This document shows positions 51,032-58,566 of a stretch of DNA of 64,000 bases, one piece after another. This DNA is from a virus, in the IMG/VR virus record IMGVR_UViG_3300045988_159773. One strand, given 5' to 3'. Position 1 is the stretch's first letter. Each line of letters begins with the position of its first letter. The notes under the pieces are model-generated. The model worked only from the letters and a program-made list of their open reading frames with translations, did not search any database and was not told the DNA's origin. Position numbers and translations under genes: made by a program.

Positions 51032-51050
51032 ACTATAGTATGGCGGTTTT
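51021..51050. repeat. Perfect 30-nt palindrome AAAACCGCCATACTATAGTATGGCGGTTTT containing the start codon of 50381..51031
   Basis: I verified that the reverse complement is identical to the forward sequence. The form is a 13-bp stem, a 4-nt loop and T-tracts on both sides. Confidence 0.8.
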
Positions 51051-51068
51051 ATTTTGATTTGGAGTAAA

Positions 51069-51476
51069 TTAGCCGCGCTTAGTTTGGCTCACGATTTCAT
51101 CAACTCGTTTATCACCCTCGGCTATGAGTTTTTCGGCTTCTTTCTGTATCTGCTGCTTCACTTTCTTCCACTCAGCAACGAAACCAGCCAAGCCGTCACG
51201 CTTAACGGCGGCAGTGAACTCTTCGCGGCTCTTGATGTTGTTCTGCTTTACATACGCAGACTCCCACTCAGAATAGAGTCGTCTTGCAACTTCTCCGCGC
51301 TCCACAGTCCAGAGGTATTTTGCCGCCTCGACCGCTTCTCGCGAATCAAAATCTTTGACCGCAACGCCACGCGCGATAGAGTCCTTTATATCTTTTGCCT
51401 GACGAACAGCGTCGACCTCTTTGTCAGCCGTGATTAAAAGTTCAATGCCATCGTTCAAGGTAACTTTGTATTTCAT
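51069..51476 (-). CDS. Hypothetical protein with one N-terminal small module
   Basis: MKYKVTLNDGIELLITADKEVDAVRQAKDIKDS, followed by a helical region. Confidence 0.5.
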   Translation of the reverse strand: MKYKVTLNDGIELLITADKEVDAVRQAKDIKDSIARGVAVKDFDSREAVEAAKYLWTVERGEVARRLYSEWESAYVKQNNIKSREEFTAAVKRDGLAGFVAEWKKVKQQIQKEAEKLIAEGDKRVDEIVSQTKRG

Positions 51477-51506
51477 AATCGATTCACTCCTACCTAAAAT
51501 AACGTA

Positions 51507-52376
51507 CTAGTTTCGTCCTCGGATAAAAATCAGAGTACCGCCGTCCCCGTACGCGTATTCGAGTTCCGCCCCACTCTTAAGTATGACAGTCATACCGTCG
51601 CTGCGTGGACGGAGCGATGCCCCCACGTAGTGACTTTTAAGCTCTCCAATGCTTCCGAAAGAGCCTTTTGCCATATAATCCGAGAAAGCCGAATCACCAA
51701 TGCCGTACACAGACTTCAACATCTCCGCCGCAACCCTGCGAGCCTCGTCCTCGGTGGTGAACACCGTCTTCTCGGCGAACGGAGTAGAGCTGAACTTGAT
51801 GAATCCATTCGGACTGTATCTCGTCCACCATCCCTTGTCCGATGTGATTGCCCAGCCCCCGTCAACCTTGACAACATTACCTGCGGCGGGCGCGTCCTTG
51901 ATTACCTTTGGAACTTCGTCACCCCACAGCGACTTGTTGAACAGCGTGGTGACGAAAAACTCGCCAGCGGGAACCTTAGACCCGAACCGAACCTCGGTGC
52001 CGTTTTCCTTATAGGTCTCGCCGTTCGGTGCCTTAAAATAGTAGTACCCAGACGGAGCCTGGTGCATACGCCACTTTTTAGTAGGGCGTGCATCCTGCAC
52101 AGGCTGCTCACCCTCAGTTGGAAAGTCGGAATTATCCACCGAGTCCGTGCCCACGATTTTGGCAGTAGAGTGCTTATTGAAAATCTTGCTCAAATCGCTG
52201 ATGTGGTCGATTTCTGCATTGCGAAGTCGCTCCAGCTCAATGCGGTCAGACTCGTCCCAATCGCACGCCTTCAAAACTTTATCATAGCCCGAAATTGCTT
52301 CGGTTTCGTCAACAATGAGAAAATTCAAAGCGTCGCGCTTTGTCATTCCTTTCTCGATAATTTCTTCTTTATCCAT
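51507..52376 (-). CDS. Multi-module protein: ferritin-like N-terminus, small modules, and a C-terminal domain shared with 42162..43775
   Basis: FLIVDETEAISGYDKVL...RNAEIDHISDL is ferritin/rubrerythrin-like. ATG at 52376 follows GGAGG. The track ORF starts 4 codons earlier. Confidence 0.55.
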   Translation of the reverse strand: MDKEEIIEKGMTKRDALNFLIVDETEAISGYDKVLKACDWDESDRIELERLRNAEIDHISDLSKIFNKHSTAKIVGTDSVDNSDFPTEGEQPVQDARPTKKWRMHQAPSGYYYFKAPNGETYKENGTEVRFGSKVPAGEFFVTTLFNKSLWGDEVPKVIKDAPAAGNVVKVDGGWAITSDKGWWTRYSPNGFIKFSSTPFAEKTVFTTEDEARRVAAEMLKSVYGIGDSAFSDYMAKGSFGSIGELKSHYVGASLRPRSDGMTVILKSGAELEYAYGDGGTLIFIRGRN

Positions 52377-52412
52377 CTGAGCCTCCATTTATTAAAATAA
52401 CCAAGTAGCCGC

Positions 52413-52640
52413 TCACTTCTTGCGTCTGAGAATTGAAACCAGCTCACGAGAGGACACCAGCACCGCACCAGCGGCGAGAGCCGTGTTTAACTTGCGTTTC
52501 GTTGTCAAGTCGTAATGCGGGTGTCGATGCTCTGGCGCGTCCTGATACCATTCGCAGTGCATACCGATTGACAACGCAAAAGCGTGAAGTACTTCTTCAC
52601 GCTCATCGCTTATCAAGTGAACGCCGTCGGTGTAAATCAT
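52413..52640 (-). CDS. DUF4031-family protein
   Basis: HLISDEREEVLHAFALSIGMHCEWYQD..EHRHPHYDLTTKRKLNTALAAGA matches my recollection of the DUF4031 pattern. Confidence 0.55.
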   Translation of the reverse strand: MIYTDGVHLISDEREEVLHAFALSIGMHCEWYQDAPEHRHPHYDLTTKRKLNTALAAGAVLVSSRELVSILRRKK

Positions 52641-52759
52641 TTGTCGAACTCTTCCATCTCCTGAAAGATTTGCTCCTGCGCTTGCGGAGTAAGGGCAAGC
52701 TCGTAGATTGCGTCCCCGTTATCCGCTTCCGTTATTCCGATCAGTTTTACACCGACCAT
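52637..52759 (-). CDS. Small hypothetical protein (40 aa)
   Basis: My translation: MVGVKLIGITEADNGDAIYELALTPQAQEQIFQEMEEFDK. RBS GAGG. ATGA overlap with the next gene. Confidence 0.35.
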   Translation of the reverse strand: MVGVKLIGITEADNGDAIYELALTPQAQEQIFQEMEEFDK

Positions 52760-52766
52760 ACCAACC

Positions 52767-52916
52767 TCACTTGTCTTTGGCGAGCCATTTGCGCTCGCAC
52801 TTTTCACAGCTCCTGCCGTAGTAGTAAATCTCCTCCGCAGTCAGAACACGATAGCAGTGACAGCATCGTGGCTTCCTGCTGAACTTCGAGATGACCCACC
52901 GAAAAAACTTGCACAT
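52767..52916 (-). CDS. Small Cys-rich protein (49 aa)
   Basis: My translation: MCKFFRWVISKFSRKPRCCHCYRVLTAEEIYYYGRSCEKCERKWLAKDK. RBS AGGAGGA. Confidence 0.4.
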   Translation of the reverse strand: MCKFFRWVISKFSRKPRCCHCYRVLTAEEIYYYGRSCEKCERKWLAKDK

Positions 52917-52949
52917 ATTCGTTCCTCCTGCCTTCAAGTATGTATACAG

Positions 52950-53498
52950 TTAATCAAACGTTGGGTCTTCGATTTGTTTCTCTTGTTCGGCGGGGTCATC
53001 GAACGGCGGCAGAACATACCCGCGAGCGCGGTCACGTTGCATACACCTCAGCATAGAAGATAGAATGACTTCCTTGTCCGCCCGCAGTTCAACCTTTCTA
53101 CACGACTTTATGCAATGCAGGGAACGCAACCCATCAATGAACTCCGCGCGGTATTGAACGCCTCGTGGCGTCTGTTCGGAAATCTGCTCCGCTCGGTCAA
53201 TCGCCACGTACACGCCGACGTGCTTCGGAATATCGTCCTTGACTTTTTCATAGACCGACAACGGCATTACAAAATAATTCCTGTTGCCAATAAAGGTCCA
53301 TGCGTGACCAGAGCGAAAGTCCGCGACAGAGGACTTAATCTCGTAACACACCGTCTCGCGGTTGCAGTTGTACATAATGCAGTCCACAACCTCACTGCCG
53401 TACCACCCGATGGTGCATTCGAATGTATAGAACTCAGAGCGACTCGTAAAAAGTCGCTCTAAAAGTTGCTCCAATTTTCTCGTAATAAAGCTCTTCAC
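52950..53498 (-). CDS. MmcB-like PD-(D/E)xK nuclease-fold protein
   Basis: EVVDCIMYN...CYEIKSSVADFRS...NYFVMP fits the D...E.K core of MmcB-type proteins. Confidence 0.55.
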   Translation of the reverse strand: MKSFITRKLEQLLERLFTSRSEFYTFECTIGWYGSEVVDCIMYNCNRETVCYEIKSSVADFRSGHAWTFIGNRNYFVMPLSVYEKVKDDIPKHVGVYVAIDRAEQISEQTPRGVQYRAEFIDGLRSLHCIKSCRKVELRADKEVILSSMLRCMQRDRARGYVLPPFDDPAEQEKQIEDPTFD

Positions 53499-53501
53499 AA
53501 A

Positions 53502-54272
53502 TTACCTCGGTTTATGAATTGGCGGGTCTACTCTCCTTTCGCGAGGGTGGAAACCCTGGTCTGGGTCGCTAACGCTGTACCCCTCGCAATCCTCGTACGT
53601 TCCTTGAAAGCCGACCGAAACCAACTTCGGCGGGTACTTCATATAGAACTCGCGGTGCGTTTCGGGTCGTTTCCAATAGTCCAACACGCCCTCAGCCTCA
53701 AGCCGCTTCTTCGCCGCCTCCACTTCCTCATTATAAAGATAAATGCCAAGCGTTCGATTGTGCGAGGTGTAACGGCTGTGTTCGGGCATCATCGGCATGA
53801 CGTCCCCGTCATAGAGCAAACCCTGCGCGGGGTGCGGAATGTACTTGGTCTCGCGGTCAAAGCAGTTCTCTTCGAACGGAATGTTGTCAAGCGGCGCGGA
53901 AATAAGGAACTTGCGCTTCTCAAACTTGTACATAGGTCGCAACTCGTGGGTGATAATGAACTTGCGCCCGTTCTCTTTCCAGATTTCGGGTAGCCACTTG
54001 CTCTCGTCACTTCCAAGGTTGAGAGTGACCTCCGCGCCGACCTTGAACTCCTTTTCCTGTCGCGTGCTGTTCGTGCTCATCGGCTTCACAGCCTCGTGAT
54101 TCCAAAACGCCAGAATCTCGTGAATGTCATATTTGGCGCACGAATGCTCGTCCGCGTGCGGTCCGAGGTCTCCGTAATCCTGATAATGGTCGCGGATAAA
54201 CCCGCCGCCGAACTCCTTAGGAATAAGGAACTTGAACGCGCACCCGCCGTAGATGTTTTCGTACTTGCCCAA
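53502..54272 (-). CDS. Hypothetical protein. TTG start, or the continuation of an ATG at 54305 interrupted by an in-frame TAG.
   Basis: 256-aa ORF. A strong RBS and ATG lie 33 nt upstream in the same frame, followed by a TAG after 5 codons. Confidence 0.5.
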   Translation of the reverse strand: MGKYENIYGGCAFKFLIPKEFGGGFIRDHYQDYGDLGPHADEHSCAKYDIHEILAFWNHEAVKPMSTNSTRQEKEFKVGAEVTLNLGSDESKWLPEIWKENGRKFIITHELRPMYKFEKRKFLISAPLDNIPFEENCFDRETKYIPHPAQGLLYDGDVMPMMPEHSRYTSHNRTLGIYLYNEEVEAAKKRLEAEGVLDYWKRPETHREFYMKYPPKLVSVGFQGTYEDCEGYSVSDPDQGFHPRERRVDPPIHKPR

Positions 54273-54347
54273 CTTGTCCGCTCTGTTCTAACTGAAACTG
54301 CCCATTTGTTCAATCCTCCTTTGATGGTTACGTATACGCCAGACCGC

Positions 54348-54614
54348 TCAATCCTTTGCGCTCTCCACCCGTAAGACCTCAATGCAGTCCTCGCCGTTTT
54401 TGCCCGCGACTTGCAACGCGAACCGAGCAACACCCAGAGAGGTCAGCATACTCGAAAACTGCCGCAATTTCTCCATCTGCTGCGCGTCGTACCCGTCAGC
54501 CCGAACGGTGAAAATGTACAGCATATTCGGATTGTTCAGTTCAATGCCCTGAGTCCGAATAAGCCTCTTTTTGATATCTCCGTACCGCTTTCTCATTCTT
54601 TTTCCGATCTCCAT
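54348..54614 (-). CDS. Hypothetical protein
   Basis: 88-aa ORF. Confidence 0.45.
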   Translation of the reverse strand: MEIGKRMRKRYGDIKKRLIRTQGIELNNPNMLYIFTVRADGYDAQQMEKLRQFSSMLTSLGVARFALQVAGKNGEDCIEVLRVESAKD

Positions 54615-54922
54615 ATGATTTTGAGGTAGTTACACCCAAGACCGTCGAACGTGTAACCAAGTGGCTTGAAATGCGATATTAAGGCTTCTCGCAAAGTGTC
54701 TTCTATTTCATCAATCGACAGCGCGATTCCGTCGGTAAACTCCGATCCGCACAGGTTTGGCGAGTCACACGAGAACGCCCCGCGCTCAACCGCTTCCTCA
54801 ATGTTTTTCTCGGTCTGGTCAATTGCACGCTCGATTGAATCGTTCAGCAACTTCTCAAGCCGCTCCTGAGACCGCTTCGAAATCTCTCTTGCCCGCATAT
54901 TTGCCTCACTTGCGTTCAACAT
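54593..54922 (-). CDS. Hypothetical protein
   Basis: Start MLNASEAN at 54922 follows GAGGAGGG. Confidence 0.5.
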   Translation of the reverse strand: MLNASEANMRAREISKRSQERLEKLLNDSIERAIDQTEKNIEEAVERGAFSCDSPNLCGSEFTDGIALSIDEIEDTLREALISHFKPLGYTFDGLGCNYLKIIWRSEKE

Positions 54923-55025
54923 CCTTATCCCTCCTCTTTCCGTCCTCATAGACCTCTTATGCCAAGTTCCACATTTTGCACAATTTCTCGACCAGTGTTC
55001 TTGCTCCTTTTATTCAGCAATCTGT

Positions 55026-55331
55026 TTATACACCTTTTTTATCTCCTTTCAAATCCGCCTGACGCATTTCGGCGGCGAGTTCTTTTATAATATGTATAAC
55101 ATCAACGCCTTCGTAGTCGCTGGTCGGACAGATATTTGTAGTAATCAAATCTAAAAACTCATCAATAACATCGCTTGCTTTGCGGTAGCTCTGGTTGTAT
55201 AATCTTGTTGCACAATTGTGGTCTCTGCATGTGTCTTTTTCGTAGCAATTGCTGCAACTTTTGTTTCCGCAAACGATGTTAAAATACATCGCTTTCGCCA
55301 TTTTCTCAATCTGCTCTTGTTTGTCTTTCAT
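55026..55331 (-). CDS. Hypothetical Cys-rich protein
   Basis: 101 aa containing CGNKSCSNCYEKDTCRDHNC. RBS GAGGAAG. Confidence 0.5.
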   Translation of the reverse strand: MKDKQEQIEKMAKAMYFNIVCGNKSCSNCYEKDTCRDHNCATRLYNQSYRKASDVIDEFLDLITTNICPTSDYEGVDVIHIIKELAAEMRQADLKGDKKGV

Positions 55332-55405
55332 TTTTGTTCTTCCTCATAAAGCATATGCGTACCGTCGGAGTTTAGCAATACAGTAAGACTGCCCGCGCTT
55401 CATAA

Positions 55406-55840
55406 TCATTTCCCGTTTCCAATCGTGTATTTCTTATACTCGATGATTTTAAACGTCGGGATTGCCTTAGTAGAACCCCAGCACCGACACTTGAAAAACG
55501 CCTCACTGTGGTCAAACGTCTCAATGACGTCGGCTTCGTCCAGCTCCACAGTAAGGACTAGCACCTCACCCTGCATACCGTGAACCAGAGCGAATTTGAG
55601 ACAATCCTCTGGCTTCTCACACAAGTACACCAACTTCTCCATGTTGCGGAGCTCAAGCCCGTTGCAGACAATTGAGTCCAAGTTGGATAGTTCTGTCACA
55701 TGATAATAAGTCTTCTTTGCGAACGCGCCGAGAACCGCGTCCCAGCGTTCGTGTTGCACAACATGCATAGCATTGCAGTATTTACACTTCATTCCCATCT
55801 TCGTCTTCTTCGCGGTATCCACATAGGGCTGTTTCGCCAT
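55406..55840 (-). CDS. Zn-ribbon plus Tpt1/KptA C-lobe-like (ADP-ribosyltransferase-fold) protein
   Basis: TYYHVTELSNLDSIVCNGLELRNMEKLVYLCE...HGMQGEVLVLTVELDE aligns by eye with KptA [31 protein letters not shown]...[13 protein letters not shown]. An alternative start at 55792 has an ATGA overlap. Confidence 0.45.
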   Translation of the reverse strand: MAKQPYVDTAKKTKMGMKCKYCNAMHVVQHERWDAVLGAFAKKTYYHVTELSNLDSIVCNGLELRNMEKLVYLCEKPEDCLKFALVHGMQGEVLVLTVELDEADVIETFDHSEAFFKCRCWGSTKAIPTFKIIEYKKYTIGNGK

Positions 55841-55977
55841 TTGTTGCGCGGTGGGGCATTGACAACCTCAACACCAGCCGCCTTCCAACCGAGATACTTC
55901 TCGCACTTTGCGTGACACCCTATTGAACGCTCTTTGCAGTCCTTACAAGGACACACTCCTGGATATATCTTTGCCAT
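55789..55977 (-). CDS. Small Cys-rich protein
   Basis: MAKIYPGVCPCKDCKERSIGCHAKCEKYLGW... The R-rich tail overlaps the next gene. Confidence 0.4.
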   Translation of the reverse strand: MAKIYPGVCPCKDCKERSIGCHAKCEKYLGWKAAGVEVVNAPPRNKWRNSPMWIPRRRRRWE

Positions 55978-55980
55978 ATA

Positions 55981-57414
55981 TTACAACTGTTGCTCCCACA
56001 ACTTGCCACCGTGCAGAAAATGCTCTGGTCTTAACTTGTAGCGGTCAATCACCACCACAGGCTCACGCACGATTGCAAACACCGTGTCCGTGATGATTTC
56101 CTCCGCTACAAACTCCTCAAACTGACCTGCCTTGTCAAGCACGAACACGAACCGCTGAATGTGCGGGTTGAGTAAAATGGTTCGCTCCACCCAGTCGTAC
56201 GTGTACACCGAGTCTGTAAACGAGTCATTCCAACTCTCTTTTGCACCGATTGCCGCGCCCTCGTAAATCTTGTACTTAACGCCGTTGGACAGCTCGCGCT
56301 CAACTTCCCTCTTTCCAACGCCATACGGCGAGCAAGTCAACATCCCCACCTTGTTAAAATCAACAGGTCCGAACTTGTCTTCAATCCCCTCGTTCCACGC
56401 GTCATTAAGACAGTTTTGAATGTCCACTCCTAAGAACTCGCATCCCGCTTTTACCTCTGCAAGCGTTGTCTCATTGATGTCCCCTGCGCGGTACTTCTTG
56501 CCCAGAGAGCCAGCACCCAGAGCGCGACCGAGAAAACCTTGAAACGCGTCGTAGATATATTCCTTATCGCCGAGGTATTTCTCAATGAGGTACCGTGCCA
56601 GTGCGGGTCGGAATAATGATATCTTCGCCGCCACCTTTGCCTGGTTCAGACCTAAGACTACGGTCTGCGGCGTTACGAATGCCTTCCCGTTGATAATCTT
56701 CACGCCAGAATAAAGTATCCTGTTCTTGATGATTTTGCGCAGAATCTCGTCGTCTTCCCATGCTTCGAGCAAGGACGGCGTATCACCCGAACGATACGCG
56801 TAAATGCTTTGGTGGAAGTGCCGCATAATATCGTTGCCCGTGGTCGAGGTCTTGCTCTGCGGCGAGTGCAACCCGCACAGGTTGAGCCAGCTCTCTTTGA
56901 GTTTGAGCGGGTCGAGCGTCGGATAAGGAAATCCCTCTTTGCGGCACAACGCCAACGAGTTCTCCACCACCTCGTCAACCGACACCCCAGACCGCTTGAG
57001 CAACAGATAGTTGCACAGCTCCGTTATTTGGCTCTTGCCATAAATAAGGTATTCGGCGTTCTTCGGTATGTAAGAGCGGTCACCGTCGTCTTGGCAGAGG
57101 TCGCTCTCGTCAATATCGATAAGCGTCGTAATGTTGCCGAACGCATCGAACAGCGCGAAACTGAAATTGTAGTCCGTTTCATGGTCGTCATCCTTCCATA
57201 TCGGATAGTGGACTGCAAACCGAATCTTGTTCGTGTGAAAAAACGAGAACATCTTATTCTCGCACGAGGGCATCTCGATTTCCGTCTTCTTCAAGTTTTC
57301 AAACGCCGTTATAGAGTAGCGGCACAGCGTAAAGCCGTCACGCCTTTCACGAACGATTCCATCTTTTGCCGCGCCACCGAACAGCGAACGCTGACCTGTA
57401 ACATTAAAGCTCAT
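55981..57414 (-). CDS. Putative SAM-dependent methyltransferase with a large N-terminal extension
   Basis: IYDAFQGFLGRALGAG is motif I-like (D.F.G..G). About 70 aa later, LTCSPYGVG is a divergent motif IV-like element ((D/N/S)PPY(G)). Confidence 0.4.
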   Translation of the reverse strand: MSFNVTGQRSLFGGAAKDGIVRERRDGFTLCRYSITAFENLKKTEIEMPSCENKMFSFFHTNKIRFAVHYPIWKDDDHETDYNFSFALFDAFGNITTLIDIDESDLCQDDGDRSYIPKNAEYLIYGKSQITELCNYLLLKRSGVSVDEVVENSLALCRKEGFPYPTLDPLKLKESWLNLCGLHSPQSKTSTTGNDIMRHFHQSIYAYRSGDTPSLLEAWEDDEILRKIIKNRILYSGVKIINGKAFVTPQTVVLGLNQAKVAAKISLFRPALARYLIEKYLGDKEYIYDAFQGFLGRALGAGSLGKKYRAGDINETTLAEVKAGCEFLGVDIQNCLNDAWNEGIEDKFGPVDFNKVGMLTCSPYGVGKREVERELSNGVKYKIYEGAAIGAKESWNDSFTDSVYTYDWVERTILLNPHIQRFVFVLDKAGQFEEFVAEEIITDTVFAIVREPVVVIDRYKLRPEHFLHGGKLWEQQL

Positions 57415-57430
57415 AAAACACCTCGTTTAA

Positions 57431-57901
57431 CTATACAAAAATATGGTGCTCTTTGGAAAGACGGCGCACCAGACCCGCTACACACGAAAAGTCAATTTCA
57501 AAAATCATAAGATAATGCGGATACTTGCGCAGGTATTTCAAGTGCCTCTTCTCCAACATTAAAGCCGCAAGCATGGCGTTCCACAATGGCAAACTTTCCA
57601 CATAGTCCGACAGCAAGAACTCCATTTCAAAGAAGTCATCCACGTCATAATCGCCACGCAGATAATGGCATAACTTGCAACTCGTTTCCATAAAACCCAT
57701 TGCAATGTCAAGCGCACCGCCGCTCGCAATCATTTTTCGGGTCACGCTGCGAGGGATGGAATAAAGACGGCTTCGCTCATTTGACCTCTCAATCAAACGG
57801 CGCAAGCCGCCAGAAACCCCGAACCATATCAGATACATGAGTAAAATCGTGGACGTTATGTTAATCAAAATCAGTGCTGTCAAAATCCTCTCCCTTCTCA
57901 T
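57431..57901 (-). CDS. Hypothetical membrane-anchored protein
   Basis: N-terminal ILTALILINITSTILLMYLIWFGV is a transmembrane segment. Confidence 0.45.
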   Translation of the reverse strand: MRRERILTALILINITSTILLMYLIWFGVSGGLRRLIERSNERSRLYSIPRSVTRKMIASGGALDIAMGFMETSCKLCHYLRGDYDVDDFFEMEFLLSDYVESLPLWNAMLAALMLEKRHLKYLRKYPHYLMIFEIDFSCVAGLVRRLSKEHHIFV

Positions 57902-58283
57902 TCACCTTTGGAACTCGCGACCAGTGCGTTGCGTAGCGCGGAAACGCCGTGTCAAGCGGTGTGCCACAGTAAGGTGGCTCCTCAATCGGCAAACGCCACC
58001 ACAATACATCACCATCGTCCTCAGACCACGTGTCAGCGGGGTGCAAGTTCAACAGGTCGGCGAGCATAACACGCAAATTCTCAATCTGCTTGTTCGCTTC
58101 CACTAAGGCGGCTGCACTCTCCTTTGTCGCAAGCTCTTTCTCCTCGTTCCAAAGCAAGAGCAGAGCATCAGCGATTTGAGCTGCAAAGTCGGGTGTCGGA
58201 AAATCCGCGTATCGCGAATCACCGCTTGCGCGGAGCTGAATGCGCATTCCCATTAAAGTCTCGATGAGCGTGTTCCTATCCAT
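57861..58283 (-). CDS. Hypothetical protein
   Basis: 140 aa with RBS GAGGGAG. Confidence 0.5.
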   Translation of the reverse strand: MDRNTLIETLMGMRIQLRASGDSRYADFPTPDFAAQIADALLLLWNEEKELATKESAAALVEANKQIENLRVMLADLLNLHPADTWSEDDGDVLWWRLPIEEPPYCGTPLDTAFPRYATHWSRVPKVNEKGEDFDSTDFD

Positions 58284-58563
58284 TTCTCTCCCTCAATTTC
58301 GCTTCCGCGTCTGATTTCGACAGGAACACCGTCTTGCCGAGCGCGGAAAGCGCAGTCAAATATGTGCTGTTCTTTTCAAGGCGAAACCGAACTCGGTCTC
58401 CAATGACAAACTCAGCAATTTTCGTCTCCCAGAGTTTGCCCTCGCTATCAATGAACCAGACCACAGTCCCCACCGCAAGCGGCAAGTGTTCTTTCCAATT
58501 CATAATCTCATCTTTAAGGTCTAAATTATTCATTCTTCTTGCAACCCTCATTAATAAGTACAA
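58276..58563 (-). CDS. Hypothetical protein (start uncertain)
   Basis: The ORF begins with TTG. Internal ATGs at 58551 and 58533 are possible starts. Confidence 0.4.
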   Translation of the reverse strand: MYLLMRVARRMNNLDLKDEIMNWKEHLPLAVGTVVWFIDSEGKLWETKIAEFVIGDRVRFRLEKNSTYLTALSALGKTVFLSKSDAEAKLRERNG

Positions 58564-58566
58564 CCG

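Noticed and set aside
54288-54290. Genome-wide TAG stop-codon reassignment, as in some gut phages
   Set aside because: TAG appears to terminate other well-bounded genes, for example at 13952 and 57431, each immediately followed by the next gene start. I saw no other in-frame TAG-interrupted genes. The single case is reported as a local oddity instead.
54086-54433. 115-aa R/S/T-rich ORF overlapping the start of 53502..54272
   Set aside because: It has junk-like composition and is out of frame with the RBS/ATG at 54305. It overlaps two better-supported genes.
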